A stretch of DNA of 32,000 nt from Faecalibaculum rodentium (GTDB lineage Bacteria > Bacillota_I > Bacilli_A > Erysipelotrichales > Erysipelotrichaceae). Below, one piece after another: positions 14,358-20,365 of this stretch. Position numbers and translations under genes: made by a program. Under the pieces are notes generated by a model. It saw nothing but the letters and a program-made list of their open reading frames with translations, had not been told where the DNA came from and searched no databases. The stretch's first letter is position 1; every line of letters begins with the position of its first letter. The stretch is taken from assembly GCF_001564455.1 (NCBI RefSeq), contig NZ_CP011391.1, positions 570,001 to 602,000 of the forward strand. The letters are read 5' to 3'.

Positions 14358-14503
14358 AATCAATTCCTCCTTACCGTTATTTGTGCGGTCCTCACTTTCT
14401 CCAAGACCTAGCACCCCAGCTGTGTCAACGGCGCGAAGCGTTCAGTTTACCGTTGATACAGTTGGATGCTAGGTAGCATAAAAAACATAAGAACCCTATG
14501 AGG
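14358..14503 (-). promoter_or_regulatory. Hairpin-leader module copy 5 (hairpin 14407-14473; TTGATA 14453-14458; apical GCGAAGC; CATAAA 14477-14482)
   Basis: The 33-nt apical core 14424-14456 is identical to copy 2. The sense leader is GAGAAAGTGAGGACCGCACAAATAACGGTAAGGAGGaattgattATG. Confidence 0.7.
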
Positions 14504-14556
14504 TGGCCTGCTCCCCGGACATAGATACCATTGATGTGACAAAAAATTTCCGACCC

Positions 14557-16026
14557 TCATAATCGCAGTGTCTGCAGCGAAGCGCAGACTTTTTCGACTG
14601 GCTGTTTAGGCAAAAGGATGTGTGCAAGATTGTTGCCCACCTGATAGGAAAGTGATTTGATGATGTCTGAAAATTCGCAGTAATGGCGCCTGATATACTC
14701 GCAATCGCTCAGTATCGTCTTTCGGACAACACCTAAGGTTTCTGCCAACTCCTTAGCGCTTTTCCCGCAGGCAAGTCCCCTAAGAACCTGGCACCGTCTC
14801 TCGTGACGTTTTTGTGCAGCAGGCGTTTTCCCGCATATCTTGGTTTTCTTTCGACTTCTGGCCTTTCTTAACCGCATATCGCGCCGGGCTGATACAAGGA
14901 AAAACAGCAATTCCTGTTCATTCGGAGAAATTTCCAGCTTTCGGATGGCTTTCCTTTTTGAGGTAACATGAACATATTCACGTGCGGGTTTACAGCGCGT
15001 CAGCGCCTCGGTCTGCGGCAGGGGTTGCATAAAGCGGCTGTTAAGATACAGAATCTTCTTTTCGATGGCCTCATTAGCCAGACCGCACTTAGCCGCTCTC
15101 TCCCAGTAGAGGTATAAAAGGGTCTCCCGGTACCCGGAGCAAATTCCCGCCTTATTCCGCATCTCGATCAGTGTCTTCAGGTCTGACTCAAAAATGCTGA
15201 ACTGAGAGTTCTGACGTGATGATCTATTGGATTTGCTCTTGCGAGATACCTGAGGGGATCGCATCTGGCAGCTTTTTGCCTTTTTGTAATCTCGGACTTC
15301 AGCGCGAGAAAACGGAAGGTAAAGATCAGCAAAGTCTGAAATGGTATACCTTTTTTCGCTAGCGTCAAGGACTCTCACAGGGCGCCCTGAACGGCCATTA
15401 ATACTGCCGGGGATACGGATTACCTGGGTGGTTAGTGTAGCTTTAGAGTCGGCGCCAAAACGCTTCTGAGACTCAATGAGGCGGGTACAAATGGCTTTAT
15501 AGAGACTCGTGCAGCTGCACGGTACATGTTCGATAGCAAAGAGACAGTAAAGACCGCGGCCAGAATCAATCACAAAAGACGGTTTCAGTGGCAGCGAATT
15601 TTTGATGTGAGTTCTGTACATTTCCTCTGGATCTAAGTGTTTGTATTCATCCAGTTTGTAGAAATCATAGTCAATTACAAAAGCATTGAGATGACGGATA
15701 TTGGCCTCTGTCCTTTTGGTGGTCCAAAAGGAATTGATGGAAAAATAGACATCTTCTTCAGCATCCTGTTCAGCCTTGTTAATATAGGCAAGAAATTTGT
15801 CTTCGCGGCAGCAGAAATCGTGAAATCCCTCATGATCGCAGTAATAGGCATAGGAGTCGTCATACGCGGCCCGCAGTGGATCTGGGCAATCTTCCGGCAG
15901 CCATGCATCGTTTCTATGCCAATCTTTAAGTATGGCAGCATGGCATTCTACCTGGTCATCAGGACGATAGGTTTTTTTCATGTTGGTGTGAAGAAAACTG
16001 ATCATGTCTATGGCTGTCATTTCCAT
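14557..16026 (-). CDS. AEP (prim-pol)-type primase/replicase-like protein with C-terminal HTH
   Basis: AEP motifs are present in order: NAFVIDYDF (DxD), IDSGRGLYCLFAIEH (sGxG..H) and GADSKATLTTQVIRIPGSINGRSG (D...R.PGs.N). The C-terminus LRGLACGKSAKELAETLGVVRKTILSDCEYIRRH is HTH-like (sigma region 4 / LuxR type). An AAGGAG RBS lies 7 nt before ATG 16026. Confidence 0.6.
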   Translation of the reverse strand: MEMTAIDMISFLHTNMKKTYRPDDQVECHAAILKDWHRNDAWLPEDCPDPLRAAYDDSYAYYCDHEGFHDFCCREDKFLAYINKAEQDAEEDVYFSINSFWTTKRTEANIRHLNAFVIDYDFYKLDEYKHLDPEEMYRTHIKNSLPLKPSFVIDSGRGLYCLFAIEHVPCSCTSLYKAICTRLIESQKRFGADSKATLTTQVIRIPGSINGRSGRPVRVLDASEKRYTISDFADLYLPFSRAEVRDYKKAKSCQMRSPQVSRKSKSNRSSRQNSQFSIFESDLKTLIEMRNKAGICSGYRETLLYLYWERAAKCGLANEAIEKKILYLNSRFMQPLPQTEALTRCKPAREYVHVTSKRKAIRKLEISPNEQELLFFLVSARRDMRLRKARSRKKTKICGKTPAAQKRHERRCQVLRGLACGKSAKELAETLGVVRKTILSDCEYIRRHYCEFSDIIKSLSYQVGNNLAHILLPKQPVEKVCASLQTLRL

Positions 16027-16673
16027 GGAGTTGCTCCTTTTCTATATGCGCTGCAATATGCTGTAAGAATCTCTTTCCGGTATCCAGCTTCGAGGCGTAG
16101 ATTTCGATGACTTCTTGTGGAACATCGGGATGTTGCATCCAATAGAGACCAAGTGCGAGAACAGATCGCCGCTTATAGTCACGCGGAGTTCCGGAACGTA
16201 ATGTAAAATAATGAGAATTATTGTATGTTATGGAAATACTAGGTAAACTTTTCAAAAGGTGCAGGTCAATTCCACGCGCTAATCGGCTTTTAAGCGCTTC
16301 TGCTCCCTCAACAACCGGGGTCAGTAAGTCCTGAATCTTCTTCTGCCATCGTTTGCAGTCACTAACAACACGGGAATAATCAGATGCATTAAAATCAATT
16401 TCTGGATCCTTGACAGCAAATTGTAGTAGGGCAAAATAGAGGCTGCCTTTTGGATCCCTGGTATGATGGTTTTTCGTGTTCTGAGGTTATCTGGGCGCAA
16501 ATTCGCTTTCCTGGATCTGCATACGATCTGACGGACTTATCGTGATCAACTCTGATAAATGAAGCAGAGTTGAGAGAAAGTGATTGCGGGGCGAAATCCA
16601 GTAGTTTTCTAGCCTTTCGTAATCTGCGGTCAGCCCGAAGAACGATCATGTGACTGGGATGAAAAAAAGACAT
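15959..16673 (-). pseudogene. Possible frameshifted gene: 92-aa ORF (16673-16395) plus a +1-frame ORF open from 16486 to 15959 that has no ATG/GTG/TTG start before 16255
   Basis: My translation of the second frame upstream of the track start is PQNTKNHHTRDPKGSLYFALLQFAVKDPEIDFNASDYSRVVSDCKRWQKKIQDLL... It is protein-like but start-less. The two frames overlap at 16395-16486 (the A5 run cacgaaaaacc lies there). Function unknown. Confidence 0.3.
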
Positions 16674-16765
16674 TAGCGATTCCTTTCCAAGAAGCGCTAA
16701 TGACTTTTGTTCTGTACGGTAAATTTTGAGTTATCTGTATCCTGTGGCGCCATTCAGATACTGCA

Positions 16766-16790
16766 GCGGAGAAAATTCTCCGCTTTTTTT
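16766..16790 (+). terminator. Orphan plus-strand hairpin plus T7 at the element/chromosome junction
   Basis: gcggagaaaattctccgc followed by ttttttt. No plus-strand gene lies upstream of it. Confidence 0.45.
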
Positions 16791-16905
16791 GTGCCCGCTG
16801 TATCCTGGCCATGCATGTCGCCCTGCCTGCCCGCCGGTCAGAAGTCCGCAGTCCACAGAGGCATGACGCAAACCGTGACCCTCCGGATGGTCCGCCGGGA
16901 TACAC

Positions 16906-16950
16906 AAAAGGCCTGCAGGCATCCACATTTGCGGATGCTGCAGGCCTTTT
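16906..16950 (-). terminator. Bidirectional rho-independent terminator downstream of ponA
   Basis: aaaaggcctgcaggcatcc-acatttgc-ggatgctgcaggcctttt. Confidence 0.8.
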
Positions 16951-16984
16951 CATACTGATTCGCTGTGTGAGTCCTTCAGTCTGC

Positions 16985-19534
16985 TTACAGCCAGTTGAAG
17001 AGATTGAAGAGTCCGAAGAAGCGGGGCACGATGAGCCCCGTCGGCGGAATCAGTCCGCCGGTTTCGCCGTTCTCCGATCCGGTTACCGAATCGTCGCCTC
17101 CGGAATCCGGCACTTCAGGCTGGGTCGGGAACTCGCAATAGGTGCCGTTCCAGGTACCGCCCTGTGCCCCGCATTCCGCGGAAGGATCACTCTGGTCGAT
17201 TGCCTCGCAGGCTGTGCCATTCAGTTCATAGCCATCCGGGCAGCTGCAGGCTGTGCCGTCCCAGGTGCCGCCGGATCCGGTGCACGCTGTGGCTGCGCTG
17301 TCATCTTCCTGCTTCGTGATGCAGATGCCGGCTTCTTCGTCATAGGTGCCGCCGGATGCCTGGCAGGCGGAGCGGATCTCCGACTCCGAAGGCTGGTAAG
17401 TATTGTAGGTCGGGGCCGTTTCGTCGCCCTTGTCCACGAACTCCGTCTTGATGTAGCCGCTTTTGTAATCCGATACGCCATCCGGCCTGGCAATGGGACT
17501 GTAGCCGCCGAACTGCTCCATGTAATCCAGCATATAGTGCGAGATGTGGAAGGCAGTGGCCATATACAGCTGCTGGTCATTGATGTAATACCCCTGCTGC
17601 TGGAATTCCTCGGTGTAGCCCGACCACGTCGCGATGGTGTAGCGGTTGGTGTAGCCCACAGACCATTCATCGCGGATCGCACCGTTGGGAATGCCATACT
17701 GCTGACCGTAGACACCCCAGTCGGAGGTACCGGACTTGCCGTAGACCGTATAGCTGGATTTCAGAATCTCATTGAAGTTCTGGTAGCCGCCTGTTACGAC
17801 TTTCTCCAGAAGACTCGACATCATGAACGCCGCCTGATCGGAAATCAGTTCTTCCGTCGTGGTGTTGCCGGCGATTTCCTCTTTATCAGCCCGTCTAACG
17901 ATCCGCCGCACACGGTGGGCATTCACCCGGTTGCCGTGGTTGGCGAAAATCGTGTAGGCACTGGCCTGCTGAATCGGGCTCGCCCACATGTTGGAGCCGC
18001 CAATGGCATACTGTGCCACAAACTGCTCCCAGACATCCTGGTCGTATCCCAGTTTCCGGCAGTAGTCCTGCCAGTATTCCAGGCCCGTTGCAGCGATCAG
18101 ATCGTTCATGGCGGCGGCTGCTGTCGTGTTCTTCGAGACACCCAGTGCATCCTGCAGCGACATCAGGCCCTGATACCGGCGGTCCGAGTTCTGCAGGTTC
18201 TGCCCCGTCGTGAAGTAGTCATCCGCCTTGTCGTTCACGGTGTGCACCGTGGACCAGCCAAGGAGGTCGAATGTCGGGGCATAGGCCAGCAGCGGTTTCA
18301 TGGAAGAACCGGGCTGCTTCCGGTCCAGAGAGTTGTCTCTGTCTGTCTGCCCCTGGATATACCGGCGCCCCGGACCCACGCAGAGAATTTCGCCGGTGGC
18401 GTTGTCTATGATGGAGAAGCCCACGTCGAAGGCATCGTTGGGGTACTGCACGGAGTCCACGCGCCCGCGCAGGATGTCATCGCACTGTTTCTGGGCTCCC
18501 TGGTTCAGAGATGTGTAAATATCCATGGGGATCACGAACGGATCCTGCCCGGCCAGGGTCTGCACTTCTTCAATTGCCTGCTGGATGAAGGGCATGTTCG
18601 GGTCATTCGTGCTCATGTCCGTTTCCAGCAGCGCAAACTCGAGCCGGGAATTCTTTGCCAGCTCGTACTCTTCCTCCGTGATGTAGCCGTGGTCGAGCAT
18701 GAGCTTCAGCGTCACATTTCTCCGGTTGGTGGCACTCTGCAGATAGTCCGTGGCATCTTCCGCGGCAGCATATTTGTTGTTGATGGGATTGTAGCTGGCC
18801 GGGGAGTTGACGGCCCCTGCCAGGAATGCGGCTTCCCCCAGATTCAGCTGGGAGACATCTTTGTTGAAGTAGTACTCCGCGGCTTTCTGGATACCCCGGG
18901 TGTTGTAGCTGGAGCCGAACCAGATCCGGTTGACGTAGTAGTCAAAGATGTCTTCCTTGGAAATCGACTGCTCGGCAATCAGGGCCAGGTAGATTTCCTG
19001 AATCTTCAGCTTGATGGATTCCAGCTTGGATACGGAGCCTTCCTCTGCCTTGATCTTGTCCTCCTGAATTTTGGTGAAGGCGTTGTCGATCATCTGCATG
19101 GTCAGCGTTGAACCGCCCTGTCCCAGGGTGCCCGAACGCAGGTTGCTGAGGGCCGCTGCCAGGAAACGGGGGAGGTCAAATCCGTGGTGGTCGTAGAAAC
19201 GGGAGTCCTCGATGGACAGGAAGGCATCCACCACGGACTGGGGAATCTGGTCGTAGGTGACGTCTTCCCGGATCTCGTTTCCGAATTCATAAATCAGGTT
19301 GCCGTCTGTGTCAAACATGCGGGAATTGGACAGCGTGGAGAGGCCTTCCTGGGAAAACCGCATGCCGTCCGGGTCGTTGATGACATTGACAAGTATGAAG
19401 AACACCGATATACATCCCACCAGGAAACAGGTCAGGATGGCAACGGCGATTTTGTTCCAGATGTCGAGCTTTCGCCGCCTTGCGGATTTTGCGGCAGCCG
19501 GCCTCTGGGAGCCGGATGTTTCTTTTTCGGGCAT
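16985..19534 (-). CDS. ponA: Class A penicillin-binding protein (PBP1A family; GT51 glycosyltransferase plus transpeptidase) with unusual Cys-repeat C-terminal tail
   Basis: N-terminal TM anchor. GT51 motifs FLSIEDSRFYDHHGFD and GGSTLTMQ. Transpeptidase motifs SSMKP (SxxK) and KSGTS (KTG-like). It lies downstream of recU, as in Bacillus. Confidence 0.9.
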   Translation of the reverse strand: MPEKETSGSQRPAAAKSARRRKLDIWNKIAVAILTCFLVGCISVFFILVNVINDPDGMRFSQEGLSTLSNSRMFDTDGNLIYEFGNEIREDVTYDQIPQSVVDAFLSIEDSRFYDHHGFDLPRFLAAALSNLRSGTLGQGGSTLTMQMIDNAFTKIQEDKIKAEEGSVSKLESIKLKIQEIYLALIAEQSISKEDIFDYYVNRIWFGSSYNTRGIQKAAEYYFNKDVSQLNLGEAAFLAGAVNSPASYNPINNKYAAAEDATDYLQSATNRRNVTLKLMLDHGYITEEEYELAKNSRLEFALLETDMSTNDPNMPFIQQAIEEVQTLAGQDPFVIPMDIYTSLNQGAQKQCDDILRGRVDSVQYPNDAFDVGFSIIDNATGEILCVGPGRRYIQGQTDRDNSLDRKQPGSSMKPLLAYAPTFDLLGWSTVHTVNDKADDYFTTGQNLQNSDRRYQGLMSLQDALGVSKNTTAAAAMNDLIAATGLEYWQDYCRKLGYDQDVWEQFVAQYAIGGSNMWASPIQQASAYTIFANHGNRVNAHRVRRIVRRADKEEIAGNTTTEELISDQAAFMMSSLLEKVVTGGYQNFNEILKSSYTVYGKSGTSDWGVYGQQYGIPNGAIRDEWSVGYTNRYTIATWSGYTEEFQQQGYYINDQQLYMATAFHISHYMLDYMEQFGGYSPIARPDGVSDYKSGYIKTEFVDKGDETAPTYNTYQPSESEIRSACQASGGTYDEEAGICITKQEDDSAATACTGSGGTWDGTACSCPDGYELNGTACEAIDQSDPSAECGAQGGTWNGTYCEFPTQPEVPDSGGDDSVTGSENGETGGLIPPTGLIVPRFFGLFNLFNWL

Positions 19535-19601
19535 TGTGACCTCCTTGTTCCAGTTCAGTATTCAGACACCGGCACAGCCGCCGGTTTTCTGGCGTGTTCG
19601 A

Positions 19602-20174
19602 TCAGAAGTAGAGCCGGTCCACAGCAGCCAGCCAGGGAAGCCGCGGATACAGGCCTTCCTGCAGTTCAACTCCCTGTTCTTCGAACCAGACATAGGGAAT
19701 GCTGCTGTGGCTGCAGGCTTTCATCTCCCGGATCAGCAGCGGGGCATCCACGAGAAAGGTTTTCTGCCGGGCTGTGAACCGGATGATAAAGAATCCGATT
19801 CCGTCATGACGTTCGACTTGTTCCAGATGACGGATCTGATGCGGATGGACCAGATTCAGCGGAAACCCGCGGATGTTTCTGGTTTCCTTGGCTTCGAAAT
19901 CCAGGTACCGCCCCCGGTAGACTCCGTTATAGTCTGTGGTGGAGGGGGTCTTGTAGTAGGCCTCCGTGATCCGGGCTCTCTGCCGGCTGGGATAGTCCAC
20001 GTGGACCACCTGCACCGGTGTCGGCTTTTTGTAGACCAGGCATTTTCCGTTCTCCCTGTACCACAGATTGGAGTCGTTGATGTCAGCTTCGAGTCCCTGT
20101 CCGCGGGAAGCGGGGTTGCCTCCAGGCGTGATGCCGGCAGGTGCGGATCCCTGTGGATATCCGATCTTGTTCAT
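19602..20174 (-). CDS. recU: Holliday junction resolvase RecU
   Basis: MNKIGYPQG...KKPTPVQVVHVDYPSR...TTDYNGVYRGRYLDFEAKETRN... closely parallels B. subtilis RecU (MIRYPNG...HKKPTPVQIVNV...[22 protein letters not shown]). Start set at ATG 20174 by that alignment. There is no clear SD, and TATAAT lies 8 nt upstream. Confidence 0.85.
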   Translation of the reverse strand: MNKIGYPQGSAPAGITPGGNPASRGQGLEADINDSNLWYRENGKCLVYKKPTPVQVVHVDYPSRQRARITEAYYKTPSTTDYNGVYRGRYLDFEAKETRNIRGFPLNLVHPHQIRHLEQVERHDGIGFFIIRFTARQKTFLVDAPLLIREMKACSHSSIPYVWFEEQGVELQEGLYPRLPWLAAVDRLYF

Positions 20175-20365
20175 CCAAAATATTATACGGAAATTACCGG
20201 AGCGTTTCCACTTCGTGTCAGGCAATGAAGCATTCCGGATGGATTTGTTGTAGAATGTGGATGATAGCGGCTTTGTGACAGACACAGGCAGTGCATATCT
20301 CTGCAGCGGTTGACGAACGATGGCGCTGCAGGCATAATAAAGAGGTTAGAATCGAGGGAGACTGA

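Larger units (their letters stand above)
1..16760. mobile_element. Segment of an AT-rich conjugative/mobilizable element (relaxase, MobC, oriT-like region, ParAB, SSBs, AEP primase, adhesin); left end outside window, right junction about 16.7-16.8 kb
   Basis: Abrupt visible composition change near 16.7-16.8 kb. All genes are co-oriented on the minus strand. Gene content is typical of Gram-positive plasmids/ICEs. The exact junction was not determined. Confidence 0.7.

Noticed and set aside
1-16760. Calling the element a complete ICE or plasmid
   Set aside because: No T4SS, coupling protein, integrase or clear replication origin is visible in the window. Only the term conjugative or mobilizable element segment is justified.
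16735-16807. CTGTATCCTG direct repeat as the att core / target-site duplication
   Set aside because: Both copies are at the same end of the element, 63 bp apart. Without the other end or an empty site this cannot be supported, so it is reported only as an observation.
16800-16905. GC-rich non-coding stretch between the junction and the ponA terminator as a possible small RNA or tRNA
   Set aside because: I could not find a cloverleaf, a known ncRNA signature or a convincing stem architecture by eye.
16811-19111. 766-aa plus-strand ORF
   Set aside because: It is antisense to the well-supported PBP1A gene. It has an Arg/Gly/Ala/Val-rich low-information composition typical of shadow ORFs in GC-rich DNA, with no motifs.
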